Source: a virus
IMG/VR virus record: IMGVR_UViG_3300015615_000680
Coordinates: 12,557-76,556 of that record
DNA: 64,000 nt
Direction: 5' to 3' (one strand)
Under the pieces are notes generated by a model. It was not told where the DNA came from and ran no database searches. It saw only the letters and a list, made by a program, of their open reading frames with translations. The first letter of the stretch is position 1, and every line of letters begins with the position of its first letter. Shown here piece by piece: positions 55,272-64,000 of this stretch. The translations under genes were made by a program, and so were the position numbers.

Positions 55272-55969
55272 AGGTCGCGAGCGCCATCTGTGCCGCTGCC
55301 GTGGTCGCTGTTCTGCCGGGGTGCGCTTCGGTACAGGTACACCCCGGATCGGCCGGCCAATTGAAGGCGGGAAGGTCGGTGGCGATTGGCCAGGACGCGG
55401 TCGCAACCGTCGGAGAGCCGATGCTTTCGGAGTTCCGCTATCTGTCCCGGATGAGCGCCGTCACCACTGCCCCATTCCAACGAGAAATAGCGCTGGCCAC
55501 CGTGCGAATCCCCGCCGGCCTGCCTCTCACCGAGGCCATGGTGAGCGGCAAGCCTGCGTACTGTACGCCGGGCCCCGTCGTTCACTATGTCCTGGACGCA
55601 CCGCGTGCGGCCTGCCTGTTCGACGAAAGCGGCAAGGGTGTGCTCGATCAGTTGTACGTTGTGGGCACCGTTGCGTCGGCAATGTTCGACGTTCAAGTGC
55701 CTTATCGGACCCGCGAAGTGCTGGTCGATCCAGATGGTTTCAAGTACGAGCTTCTGTACCAGGGCGTCGAGCGCGGTGACGTTCTTCGGATTTCCTACAG
55801 AGAATACAAGGACAGTCTCGCGCGGCCGGCATTTCAGCAGGATTTGGTCTATACGCTCGATAGTCCCGGTCCGACGCAGATTTCCTTTCGCGGTGTGCGC
55901 ATGCTGATCCGTGGAGCGGACAATAACGAGGTGCGGTATCGCGTGATCGCCGGGTTCAGCCGGGATTAG
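55268..55969 (+). CDS. Lipoprotein co-transcribed with cI
   Basis: Lipobox VLPG-C; ATGA coupling; FKYELLYQG...ISYREY...ARPAFQQDL. Confidence 0.8.
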   Translation: MKVASAICAAAVVAVLPGCASVQVHPGSAGQLKAGRSVAIGQDAVATVGEPMLSEFRYLSRMSAVTTAPFQREIALATVRIPAGLPLTEAMVSGKPAYCTPGPVVHYVLDAPRAACLFDESGKGVLDQLYVVGTVASAMFDVQVPYRTREVLVDPDGFKYELLYQGVERGDVLRISYREYKDSLARPAFQQDLVYTLDSPGPTQISFRGVRMLIRGADNNEVRYRVIAGFSRD

Positions 55970-56009
55970 CGCAGAACGACCGGCGGCCCGCGCCTTGCAA
56001 GTTCTAGGT

Positions 56010-57047
56010 CTACTTCTTCCGGCGCTTCGGCGTCCTCCGTGGCAGGTTGCCGGAGGGCCGCGGAGGCGGGGCCTTGAAGTTCGTAGGCATCGGCCAGTCC
56101 TGGTGAAGTCGATATGGCCGAGCGGCGCCGCGAAAGAACCGGTACAGGTTCATCGTATGGAACGCGTCCTCGAAGGCATTGTGCGCCGAGCTGTCGCGTT
56201 GCATGTCGAGCCGCGCCAGGCAGGCGTCGAGGCTCGCCCGTTGGCCGGGCCAGTAGGCGCGCGATTCCTGCATCGTGCAGAATACCGGAACCTCGATCGG
56301 CGGGAGACCGCACTTTCGGAACTCCCTGTTTATGTAATGCATGTCGAAATCGGCATTGTGCATGACCAGCAGCTCCGCGCCCGATAGGTGCTCATGTAGC
56401 GCCGCCGCGTGGTCGCTGAATAGATCCTGAAATCGCGTCGTCCAGTCGTCCCAGCCGTTAACGCGGGCTGCGTCGGGATGGCAATTCTTTCGCGGATCGA
56501 AGCACATATAGACGTGCCGGTCGCACATCGTCAGCTCTTCCAGGCGCAGCACCGCCATCGAGATGATGCGATCGTAGGCCGCCGTGCCGGTGGTCTCCAC
56601 GTCGATGATGAACGTCGGCTTCGCCACCGACGATGCGATCGCGGTCGCAGGCGGCGGCTCAGTACTGCCGCTGGCGGCAAGTTGCGCCCGCCGCCCCGCG
56701 AGTAACCAAAGCAGGCGCTTTCTGAGTTCCCGTTCTTGCGCCTCGAGGCGGAAAATGGTCTGCCGCCCCTTCTCCCGCTGCACATCCAAGCGATCCCGCA
56801 GCGCCGACGCTTGAGCTGATTTCGCCGTTACCGCCGCCAGCTGATCCACGCGGCGGGCCAGAAGGCGCAGCAGTCGTTTCCTGGCGATACGTGCGATTTC
56901 CGATTGCGCGGGGGCGAGGTCTTTCGCTGGCCGGGGCGCGGGCGGCGGCACCCCTGGACCGATAAGCGGCGGCGGCTCGATGCGGGTCACGGCAGTCGTT
57001 TCGCCCGGCTGCGCGCGGGCGAAAGCACGGCGAATCCAAGCGAACAT
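56010..57047 (-). CDS. DEDDh 3'-5' exonuclease (Pol III epsilon-like) with N-terminal coiled coil
   Basis: IDVETTG, HNADFD, FCTM, AHNAFEDA. Confidence 0.9.
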   Translation of the reverse strand: MFAWIRRAFARAQPGETTAVTRIEPPPLIGPGVPPPAPRPAKDLAPAQSEIARIARKRLLRLLARRVDQLAAVTAKSAQASALRDRLDVQREKGRQTIFRLEAQERELRKRLLWLLAGRRAQLAASGSTEPPPATAIASSVAKPTFIIDVETTGTAAYDRIISMAVLRLEELTMCDRHVYMCFDPRKNCHPDAARVNGWDDWTTRFQDLFSDHAAALHEHLSGAELLVMHNADFDMHYINREFRKCGLPPIEVPVFCTMQESRAYWPGQRASLDACLARLDMQRDSSAHNAFEDAFHTMNLYRFFRGAARPYRLHQDWPMPTNFKAPPPRPSGNLPRRTPKRRKK

Positions 57048-57110
57048 CGTCGCTCTCCGTCGCTTCCCACCCCCTGGAAAACGCTACGTCGATCGCGTCG
57101 GATGATCGAA

Positions 57111-57154
57111 TAGGAATTCGCCTATTGACGACGTAGGATTTTTCCTATTATCTT
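57111..57154 (+). promoter_or_regulatory. OL-like operators and early promoter
   Basis: TAGGAATTCGCCTA (57111-24), TTGACG -35 (57125-30), TAGGATTTTTCCTA (57134-47), TATCTT -10. Confidence 0.85.
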
Positions 57155-57288
57155 CCTCGCATCACCCGATGGTGAGCCGCGGTCCCGACGGTCTCGGGAC
57201 GAGGCCCAAGCCGACACGGCCGGGCATGCGAGGGAAACGCTGGCGGGTGCCCTGAAGCCCCGCTGGCGCACCTCTCGGGAGAGCGGGC

Positions 57289-57468
57289 ATGGCCGCCACC
57301 GACAGTCCGATCACCGTCGATGAGCTGAAGGCGCTGGTCGCGGAGCGGAGCCGCGAGGCGATGGAGCGGTTCGGCGCGCAGTTCGGCAGCACCGACGTGA
57401 AGCGGGTCGCGACCGGCATCGTACGCAACGCCGACCGATTCAAGTGGACCCTGGCGGGTGGCCGCTGA
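57289..57468 (+). CDS. First early gene, 59 aa (absent from ORF track)
   Basis: GGGAGAG RBS; MAATDSPITVDELKALVAERSREAMERFGAQF... Confidence 0.65.
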   Translation: MAATDSPITVDELKALVAERSREAMERFGAQFGSTDVKRVATGIVRNADRFKWTLAGGR

Positions 57469-57469
57469 G

Positions 57470-57994
57470 ATGCGCAGCGCCCGTGCCGCAGGTCACCGGG
57501 CCCCGTCGGCAACGCCGGCACCGGAGCCCCGCCCGACCGAATACACGATCCACTTGCTTCCGCCGGCGTACCCGTCGGGCTGTTTCCCGGGCCGCTGCGC
57601 GCACGATCCGAAGTTCGTCATGCAGGCGGCGGTGCACATCGTGCGCAAGAAGCGCGGCGGCAGCGCGGTCGAGATCGACCATGCCGTCTGTCTCGCCTGC
57701 GGGACGTCCCTTCCTTCGACGATCGGCGGCAACGTGTTCGTCGATCTGCACATGCTGTGGCGGCGCTTCGGCTGGCACGCGGAGATCGGGCCCCGGATCA
57801 TCTACCTGAGGGACCGCTGGGCCCGGATCGCCGTCCGGCTGTTCGACGAGAACGGATGGAGCGGCCGGCACGAGCGGGTCGCGCGGCTCATCGACCCCAA
57901 GCTGACGATGCGCCTGGAGGTGCTCACCGCAAGCGGCGGTCACAGGCTCGGACACGTGACGCCGGATGCCGGCTATCTGCGGAGCGCGGCATGA
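57470..57994 (+). CDS. Hypothetical protein
   Basis: Packed in early operon, stop coupled to next ATG. Confidence 0.55.
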   Translation: MRSARAAGHRAPSATPAPEPRPTEYTIHLLPPAYPSGCFPGRCAHDPKFVMQAAVHIVRKKRGGSAVEIDHAVCLACGTSLPSTIGGNVFVDLHMLWRRFGWHAEIGPRIIYLRDRWARIAVRLFDENGWSGRHERVARLIDPKLTMRLEVLTASGGHRLGHVTPDAGYLRSAA

Positions 57995-58293
57995 CCGGCA
58001 GCCCGCACGGCAGGCACGCCACCGTGGCCGTCGGCGACGGCTGGGCCGCGACGGCCCTCTTCATAGAGGTCGGGCACAAGCGGTACGAGGTCGGATCGCT
58101 GGCGGAGGCGTCGGCAATGTATTGCCGGGCGCGCGACGCGTGGGGTCGCGGCGGCTCGCAGACGCCCGATGCGCTCATCGTGGACGCGCAGGGCGAACGG
58201 TTTGCGCGCATCTCCTACAACGGTCGGGTCTGGCCGCCGGGCGAGTGGACGCCCGGCATGGTGCCGCTCTACGACAACCGCGAGCGTGCCTGA
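57991..58293 (+). CDS. Phage hypothetical protein
   Basis: SLAEASAMY...ARISYNGRVW...LYDN. Confidence 0.7.
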   Translation: MTGSPHGRHATVAVGDGWAATALFIEVGHKRYEVGSLAEASAMYCRARDAWGRGGSQTPDALIVDAQGERFARISYNGRVWPPGEWTPGMVPLYDNRERA

Positions 58294-58409
58294 TGCGGAT
58301 GGACACCCGCCTCCGCCTTGTCGTGGTCGCCGGCCTCGTGCTCGGCGCCGCGGCCATCGCCGGCACGCTGTTCCTGCTGGCCGGCTCTTCCGTGGAATGG
58401 CGGCCGTGA
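58293..58409 (+). CDS. Small TM peptide
   Basis: TGATG coupling; LVVVAGLVLGAAAIAGTLFLL. Confidence 0.55.
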   Translation: MRMDTRLRLVVVAGLVLGAAAIAGTLFLLAGSSVEWRP

Positions 58410-58609
58410 TGCCGATCCTGCGCACCCTCGCGACCGGCATGCTCGACGGCTTGAGCATCGCGCTCTTGTGCGCCTGCGTGGTCGCCGCCGGCCTCGTGCT
58501 TGGCACGCTTGTCCTGGCCGTGGTCGTGGTGGGGATCGTGCTCATCGTCCCGGCCGGCCTCGCGCTGCTGCTCATCCTGGCGGTCCGGGGGTTGGCGCGA
58601 TGCCGCTAG
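58409..58609 (+). CDS. Small very hydrophobic membrane protein
   Basis: TGATG coupling; about 45 consecutive apolar residues. Confidence 0.55.
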   Translation: MPILRTLATGMLDGLSIALLCACVVAAGLVLGTLVLAVVVVGIVLIVPAGLALLLILAVRGLARCR

Positions 58610-58839
58610 ACGGCCCCCAGAAGGATGCATTCGCGGCGGCGCGCGCCGCGCTGGCGGACGGCCGGGTTGTGGTCGCGTGCATCGGCTGCGCCGGCTTTGA
58701 GCCGAACGGCGGCCCGTGCAGCGAACGGAACCATCACCCCTTTTTCAAATGCCGCGGCTGGCAGGACGTGACCGGGCAGGTCGGCCGGCCATCGACCGCG
58801 CGCGGCGCGGTGCTGCCCAGGGAGCGCGAAGAACGATGA
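58600..58839 (+). CDS. Hypothetical Cys/His-containing protein
   Basis: MPLDGPQK...CIGC...C...HH...C. Confidence 0.5.
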   Translation: MPLDGPQKDAFAAARAALADGRVVVACIGCAGFEPNGGPCSERNHHPFFKCRGWQDVTGQVGRPSTARGAVLPREREER

Positions 58840-59213
58840 GTGCAACAGGCCACTCTCCCTTGCCCTGGCGGGCGCGCAACCTTGCCGACTGCGTCTTCAT
58901 CGAAGCGGCCGACTTCATCGGTCGCCACATCGCGACGGTGCCGTTGAGCGACAACGAGATCGAGGCGCCCGATCCGGCAACGATTATCACGCGCATCGTT
59001 CCTCGAGGTCGCGCGCCGGCGGATGTCGAACTGATCCTTCGCGCTTGCAATGCGCATTACCGCCTGAGGGCCGAACTCGGGCGCCTCGTTTCCATCGTCG
59101 AAGGCATCGACGGAAGCAGCGGCAACGCCGACGAGGCACTGGCGCCCGCCCGCGCGCTCATCGCCGAGCTGGGAGCGCGCGAGGACGATGAGATCGGGGC
59201 GCGCGATGAGTGA
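58836..59213 (+). CDS. Phage hypothetical protein (HxPxPW...LIxxAxNAH family)
   Basis: HSPLPW...ADVELILRACNAH. Confidence 0.65.
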   Translation: MSATGHSPLPWRARNLADCVFIEAADFIGRHIATVPLSDNEIEAPDPATIITRIVPRGRAPADVELILRACNAHYRLRAELGRLVSIVEGIDGSSGNADEALAPARALIAELGAREDDEIGARDE

Positions 59214-59490
59214 GCCGCAGCATATCCAGTTGCCGTGGCGCGTGTTCAAGAACCCCGGCAGGCCGAGCAAGGGCATAGGCCCGTCGCCAAGCCTCATCGT
59301 CGCGCGGATCAAGCCGTGCCGCGATGCCAACGGCCAGCATCACGCCAAGGCGAATGCAGCCCTGATCGTCCGCGCCGTCAACGCGCACGACACCCTCGTC
59401 TCGACCCTCAAGACGCTTCGCGAGAACTACCGGAACGACAGCGAACACGCGCGGCTGATCGACGCTGCGCTCGCCAAAGCGGAGGCGTGA
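59206..59490 (+). CDS. Phage hypothetical protein, same family as previous
   Basis: HIQLPW...ANAALIVRAVNAH...AALAKAE. Confidence 0.65.
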   Translation: MSEPQHIQLPWRVFKNPGRPSKGIGPSPSLIVARIKPCRDANGQHHAKANAALIVRAVNAHDTLVSTLKTLRENYRNDSEHARLIDAALAKAEA

Positions 59491-59491
59491 C

Positions 59492-59770
59492 ATGCCGTTC
59501 GATCTGACCGCCGCCCAGCAGCTCGAAGCGGCGCACACCGGCCGCGACGACACGCCGCTCGGGCAGCTGATCGCCGCCTGGCGCCGCAACGTAGACGAAG
59601 CCGCCGCGTTCGTGCAGGCCGCCGAACTGGCGCGCCGCGATGGCCGCGACTTTCACGAGCACCAGGCCGCCCGGTCGGCACGCGACCTGATCGACCGCGC
59701 CTGCATCAAGCGCGAGGCGATCGGCAAGCTGGTCGGCGACATACTGGCGGAACGCGAGTGCGCGGGATGA
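59492..59770 (+). CDS. Hypothetical protein
   Basis: GGAGG RBS; helical. Confidence 0.6.
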   Translation: MPFDLTAAQQLEAAHTGRDDTPLGQLIAAWRRNVDEAAAFVQAAELARRDGRDFHEHQAARSARDLIDRACIKREAIGKLVGDILAERECAG

Positions 59771-59964
59771 AGGCCGTCCCCATCGGCCGCCGCACGACGC
59801 CTCGCGACCTCCAACGCGAGCAGGACGCGCGCATCGCCTACCTGAGGGAGCGGTTCAACGCGCGGTCGGCCGCGGCATCGAACGCCGATGCCAAGGCGGG
59901 CCGCGCCGCACCGCGCGACTCTGCAGACGCGTCTGCGGCAGGGAGCGCCGAATGGGCTTCGTGA
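59767..59964 (+). CDS. Hypothetical protein
   Basis: ATGA coupling. Confidence 0.45.
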   Translation: MKAVPIGRRTTPRDLQREQDARIAYLRERFNARSAAASNADAKAGRAAPRDSADASAAGSAEWAS

Positions 59965-60383
59965 GCCTGCCGCAGTATTTCGCGCCCCGCGACCGTCGGA
60001 CCGGCGATGTCACGTTCGCCGTCGTCGGCCGCAAGAAGCGCGAATGGCGGATCGTGCTGGGCGACGACGTGATGGCGACGCTCGGCTGGCGGCGCGGCGA
60101 CGTCGTCTCGGTCGAGGCCGGGGACGGCACCGACCTGGGACGGTTGCGGCTGCAGCTTGCAGAGACCGGCCGGAAGCTGTCGCGCATGGGCGCCGCCGAC
60201 ACGACCGGGCTGAGCTCGGTCACGTTCCCGCCCGGCTGGGCGCGTCTGCCGCTATCTGCCGCCGCCTGCCGCTGGTCGGCCGAGGGCCCGGCGCTGCTGA
60301 TCGAGCTGCCGCCGGTGGTCTCACAGGCCGCGCGAGTGCAGCAGGTGCGGTCCCGCCCGATCGTCACCCGGTTCGCCTCATGA
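59952..60383 (+). CDS. Hypothetical protein
   Basis: GGGAG RBS; LGWRRGDVVSVEAGDGTDLGRLRL. Confidence 0.6.
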   Translation: MGFVSLPQYFAPRDRRTGDVTFAVVGRKKREWRIVLGDDVMATLGWRRGDVVSVEAGDGTDLGRLRLQLAETGRKLSRMGAADTTGLSSVTFPPGWARLPLSAAACRWSAEGPALLIELPPVVSQAARVQQVRSRPIVTRFAS

Positions 60384-60508
60384 CCGCCGACCGCGACGTT
60401 CGCACCGTTTGCGATCCGATGCCGCGCGGCGCCGCAATCGCGATCGCCGTCATGGTGGCGTTCGCGATGTCGTCCGTGGTGTTGACGCTGTGGAGCTTCC
60501 TACGATGA
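60380..60508 (+). CDS. Small TM peptide
   Basis: AAIAIAVMVAFAMSSVVLTLWSF; coupled at both ends. Confidence 0.55.
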   Translation: MTADRDVRTVCDPMPRGAAIAIAVMVAFAMSSVVLTLWSFLR

Positions 60509-60702
60509 AGACCGCCGAAGAGGTCGCGCGCGAGAATAGCTCCGGATTCCGGTCCGTCCCACGGGGCAGAAAGGCAGCGCCGCCGATCCGCTACACCGGC
60601 TCCCTCTGGAACTTCGTCGGCACCGCCGCGGCTGCGATCGGCCTCGTGGTCGCCGCAGTCAGCGTCGGCACCATCGCCGGCTTCCTGGTCAACGGGGGCT
60701 GA
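60505..60702 (+). CDS. Small TM peptide
   Basis: FVGTAAAAIGLVVAAVSVGTIAGFLV. Confidence 0.55.
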   Translation: MKTAEEVARENSSGFRSVPRGRKAAPPIRYTGSLWNFVGTAAAAIGLVVAAVSVGTIAGFLVNGG

Positions 60703-60704
60703 CC

Positions 60705-60875
60705 ATGCTGCACCTGCGCACCGGCGGGACGCGGAAGCACCGCAACGGCACGCTGATCGGCGGCGCCTGGTTCGCAGCGGCCACGCTGGGCGTGTTCCTG
60801 GCCGGGCTGTGCATGAGCCTCGGCGTCGTCACCCTGGGCCGCTGGCTCGCCGCGGCGATCGGCCCATGGCTATGA
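60705..60875 (+). CDS. Small TM peptide (absent from ORF track)
   Basis: LIGGAWFAAATLGVFLAGLCMSLGVVTLG. Confidence 0.5.
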   Translation: MLHLRTGGTRKHRNGTLIGGAWFAAATLGVFLAGLCMSLGVVTLGRWLAAAIGPWL

Positions 60876-61072
60876 CGCGCTGGCGCGCCACCGTCACGTA
60901 TCGCAGCGAGGCCGGCCTCGTGCCGGTCGAATACGAGCTCGCGGAGATCGCCGACCTGCACGACCGGGTCGAGCTTGGTCCGCATTGGGACACGATCGAC
61001 CAGATCGTCATTGTCCGCGCCCAGCCGCCGGCGGTGCCGGGGCTGACGGTCGAGGCGGCGGAGAAGCTGTGA
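60872..61072 (+). CDS. Phage hypothetical protein
   Basis: RWRATVTYRSEAG...VELGPHWDTIDQIVI. Confidence 0.65.
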   Translation: MTRWRATVTYRSEAGLVPVEYELAEIADLHDRVELGPHWDTIDQIVIVRAQPPAVPGLTVEAAEKL

Positions 61073-61197
61073 TGGCGCGCGCGCTGCACCGCGACCCCGC
61101 CGCCGTGGCGCGCCGCACCCTCGGCGCCGCGTTCCTTGTCGCGGGTGTCGTCGCGTTCGTCTGGCTCGTCATGGACGCCATGGCGAGGGCGACGTGA
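61072..61197 (+). CDS. Small TM peptide
   Basis: LGAAFLVAGVVAFVWLV. Confidence 0.55.
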   Translation: MARALHRDPAAVARRTLGAAFLVAGVVAFVWLVMDAMARAT

Positions 61198-61313
61198 AGG
61201 CGCGCGGATGGTGGCTGGTGCCCGTGATCGTGGGTGCGCTCTGGGTCGCCGCCATCGTCGCCGGCATCGGCGGGTGGTTCGGACTTCTAGCAATCTTCGA
61301 ATCGATCGGATGA
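61194..61313 (+). CDS. Small TM peptide (absent from ORF track)
   Basis: GTGA coupling; WWLVPVIVGALWVAAIVAGIGGWFGLLAIF. Confidence 0.5.
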   Translation: MKARGWWLVPVIVGALWVAAIVAGIGGWFGLLAIFESIG

Positions 61314-61324
61314 AGGGAAACAGC

Positions 61325-61645
61325 ATGGCTACAGGGTATTTCGTCGACGTTCGCGTGTTCGTGCCGGCCGATCGCAAGGATCGGGTGACCGTCGTTAAGG
61401 CGACCCGGGCGATCGAGGATCTGCGCGACGCGATCGTCGCGGGGGAGGGCAACGGCTACCACTTCGTCGGCCTGGAAGACACCTGGACGACCAAGGGACC
61501 GGAGCCGAAGTCGGACATGGAGGTGGTCACAACCACCGTCATCGGCAATCCCGCGCACGAGGCGACCGCCCAGCAGCGCGGTGCCGCCGAGGGCGAGCGG
61601 CTCGTGCCGCGGCATGGCGACGCCGACGGGAGCGCCAGCGAATGA
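61325..61645 (+). CDS. Hypothetical protein
   Basis: MATGYFVDVRVFVP...; stop coupled to next ATG. Confidence 0.6.
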   Translation: MATGYFVDVRVFVPADRKDRVTVVKATRAIEDLRDAIVAGEGNGYHFVGLEDTWTTKGPEPKSDMEVVTTTVIGNPAHEATAQQRGAAEGERLVPRHGDADGSASE

Positions 61646-62106
61646 AGCGCATCCTCGTTCTCCAGCCCGACGGCACCGAGCGCGAACTGTCCGCTGCGCC
61701 GACCCTGAGGGAGATGCGGGCGATCGTCGGCGGTACCGTCGATCATGTCCGCGTGCTCGATCGATTGGAGCCCGGACCGGCAGGTCTTGCCGGCGTCTAC
61801 ACGTCGATGTTCGTGAACGACACCGGGCTGTCGGACGGCCTGCCGCGCAACGCGAAGGCGACCGAGATCTACCAGCGGAACATCCGCGCGCAATTTGCGG
61901 ACCATGCCCAGCCGTTCCGCGCGGCCCGCGAGGAGATGCTGGCGCGCTACGCGACGATGGGGGCGACATTCATTGACGCGACGCCGCCGGACGTGGCGGC
62001 AGCGGGCTACCACGACGACCCATGGATCGCCGGCCCGGCGATCTTCTTCGAGGGCTGGACCTGCGAGGAAGTGGACGCGGCATTCGAGCAAAGGGCCACC
62101 GCATGA
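61642..62106 (+). CDS. Hypothetical protein (DUF3846-like)
   Basis: PTLREMRAIVGG, MFVNDTG..GLPRNAKAT, IAGPAI. Confidence 0.65.
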   Translation: MKRILVLQPDGTERELSAAPTLREMRAIVGGTVDHVRVLDRLEPGPAGLAGVYTSMFVNDTGLSDGLPRNAKATEIYQRNIRAQFADHAQPFRAAREEMLARYATMGATFIDATPPDVAAAGYHDDPWIAGPAIFFEGWTCEEVDAAFEQRATA

Positions 62107-63056
62107 ACGTCACCGAGCCCGGCATCTACGCCATGCCCGAAGAGACGTATCACGCCGACCCGTGTCCGGCGCCGTCCCTCTCCGCGTCCATCGCCAAGCG
62201 GCTGCTGCAGGACTCCCCGCGCCACGCCTGGACCGCTCATCCCAGGCTCAACCCGCTGTTCGAGCCGGAGCAGCGGAAGATCTTCGACCTCGGCAAGGCC
62301 GCGCACGCCCTGATGCTCGGCAGCGACGACCAGTTCGAGATCATCGACGCCTCCGACTACAAGACAAAGGCGGCGCAGGCGGCGCGCGACGATGCCTACG
62401 CCGCCGGCAAGACGCCGATCCTGGTCGGCAGGTGGGCCGAGACGCGGGCGATGGTCGCCGCCGGGCGCCAGCAGCTACACGCGCATCAGGAGGCGCGCGA
62501 CGCCTTCACGGTCGGCAAGCCCGAGCAGGTGATCGTCTGGCGCGAGGGCGACATGTGGTGCCGCTCCCGGCTCGACTGGTTGCCCCACATGCTGATCGAG
62601 CCGCTGGTGATCGACGACTACAAGTCCACCGGCGCATCGGCGCACCCGAACGAATGGGGCCGCCGCAGCCTGTTCGACCTCGGCTACGACATCCAGGCCG
62701 CGTTCTACATTCGCGGCGTCCGCGCCCTCACGGGGCTGCAGAACGTCGGCTTCCGGTTCGTGGTGCAGGAGACTGAGGCGCCCTACGCGCTCTCCGTCAT
62801 TGCGCTGACACCCGCGACCTTGGCCCTGGCGGAACGCAAGGTCGAATACGCCATCGAGCTCTGGCGATGGTGCCTGACCAACGACCGCTGGCCCGGCTAC
62901 CCGAACCGCACCTGCTACATCGACGTGCCGCCGTGGCACGAGTCCCAGTGGCTGGGCCGGGAAGAGCACGCGCGCATCGCGGCGGAGGCCGGCGACGACC
63001 TCAAGAAGATGATGATCGAGTGGCAGAGGCCCACGGCGAAGGAGGAAGTCGTATGA
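62103..63056 (+). CDS. RecE/exonuclease VIII-like PD-(D/E)xK nuclease (DUF3799-like)
   Basis: PGIY...YHAD...LSAS, G.AAH, CRSRLD, DYKST, GYDIQAAFY. Confidence 0.88.
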   Translation: MNVTEPGIYAMPEETYHADPCPAPSLSASIAKRLLQDSPRHAWTAHPRLNPLFEPEQRKIFDLGKAAHALMLGSDDQFEIIDASDYKTKAAQAARDDAYAAGKTPILVGRWAETRAMVAAGRQQLHAHQEARDAFTVGKPEQVIVWREGDMWCRSRLDWLPHMLIEPLVIDDYKSTGASAHPNEWGRRSLFDLGYDIQAAFYIRGVRALTGLQNVGFRFVVQETEAPYALSVIALTPATLALAERKVEYAIELWRWCLTNDRWPGYPNRTCYIDVPPWHESQWLGREEHARIAAEAGDDLKKMMIEWQRPTAKEEVV

Positions 63057-64000
63057 AGATCGTTTCCCTGATCGCCGAGAACGTGAAGCGGCTCGTCGCG
63101 ATCGAGATCAGGCCGGACGGCAACCTGGTCGAGATCACGGGCAAGAACGGCCAGGGCAAGACCAGCGTCCTCGACAGCATCTGGTGGTGCCTTGCCGGCG
63201 CGGCCAATGTGCAGTCGCAGCCGATCCGCAAGGGCCAGACCGAGGCGCGCATCCGGCTCGACCTGGGCGAGATCGTCGTCACCCGCACCTTCAAGAAGCG
63301 CGAGCGCAAGAAGGACGATCCGGATGCGAAGGCCGAGACCGAGGTCACCACCAGCATCACCGTCGAAAACGCCGACGGGGCGCGCTACCCGTCGCCGCAG
63401 AAACTGCTCGACAGCCTGATCGGCACCCTGACGTTCGACCCGCTGGAGTTCACCCGCGCCGACCCGAAGGCCCAGGCCGAGACGCTCAAGCGGTTCGTGC
63501 CCGATTTCAACTTCGCCGACAACGACAAGGCGATCAAGGAAGACTTCGACGAGCGGACCATCGTCAACCGCAAGGTCAAGGAGGCGCGGTCAGCCGCGGC
63601 CGTGATCGTGGTGCCGGAAGGTGCGCCGGCCGAGCGCATCGACGAGGCGGCGCTGGTTGCCGAGCTCGAAGCCGCCGGCCAGCACAACGCCGCGATCGAG
63701 ACGCGCAAGGCCAACCGCCAGACGGTCGCCCAGCAGATCGAGACCGCCGCCGCCGCCGCGTCGCGCGCCCGCGCACGGGCAGCCGAGCTGCGCGCGGAGG
63801 CCGGCCGGCTGGACGACCAGGCGGCCGGCTTCGATCGGGACGCGGCCGACTCGCAGGCCCGCCTCGATGCCGCCGGCCCGCTGCCGGAACCGATCGACAC
63901 GGCAGCCGTGCGCACGCGGATCGCGGCGGCTCGGGAAGCCAACGCCGCCGTGACGCGGCGGGAGGAGCGTGACGCGGCGATCAAGTCCGCGGCCGCGCTG
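63053..64000 (+). CDS. SMC/SbcC-like AAA ATPase with coiled coil, partial
   Basis: MKIVSLIAENVKRL...ITGKNGQGKTSVLDSI; runs off window. Confidence 0.88.
   Translation, partial: MKIVSLIAENVKRLVAIEIRPDGNLVEITGKNGQGKTSVLDSIWWCLAGAANVQSQPIRKGQTEARIRLDLGEIVVTRTFKKRERKKDDPDAKAETEVTTSITVENADGARYPSPQKLLDSLIGTLTFDPLEFTRADPKAQAETLKRFVPDFNFADNDKAIKEDFDERTIVNRKVKEARSAAAVIVVPEGAPAERIDEAALVAELEAAGQHNAAIETRKANRQTVAQQIETAAAAASRARARAAELRAEAGRLDDQAAGFDRDAADSQARLDAAGPLPEPIDTAAVRTRIAAAREANAAVTRREERDAAIKSAAAL

Noticed and set aside
57160..57290. Possible tRNA or known riboswitch
   Set aside because: No cloverleaf, T-loop or recognisable aptamer consensus
1..64000. Integrase, att sites, endolysin, rRNA/tRNA, CRISPR
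   Set aside because: None recognisable; both phage ends lie outside the window

Overview
The whole window is part of a very GC-rich temperate siphophage (prophage or free phage genome). The host is most likely an alphaproteobacterium, because the window carries GcrA-, GapR- and CtrA-like genes and an alphaproteobacterial-type Cro. The minus strand, read right to left, carries Cro-like genes, a DNA-modification/replication block (GP88-like, GcrA-like x2, GapR-like, RuvC-like, C5 methylase, SNF2 helicase, helicase-methylase fusion, DnaB, DUF1376 initiator), a NusG-like antiterminator, packaging HNH, a probable cos region, ParB plus ABC-ATPase/GNAT, TerS/TerL, HK97 portal/protease/capsid, head accessory genes, tail genes with a -1 frameshift chaperone, tape measure, tailspike and fibre, and the start of a lysis region. 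The plus strand carries a HigBA module inserted among the neck/tail genes, the CI repressor with TAGGA-N4-TCCTA operators, a lipoprotein, and an early operon of small genes ending in a RecE-like exonuclease and an AAA ATPase cut off by the window edge. Integrase, att sites and endolysin are not in the window. The most unusual signal is an endonuclease VII-type gene nested in the +1 frame inside a helicase-methyltransferase gene whose own frame stays open across the insert, with no intron or intein signature. All family calls come from recognising motifs by eye; no database search was run.
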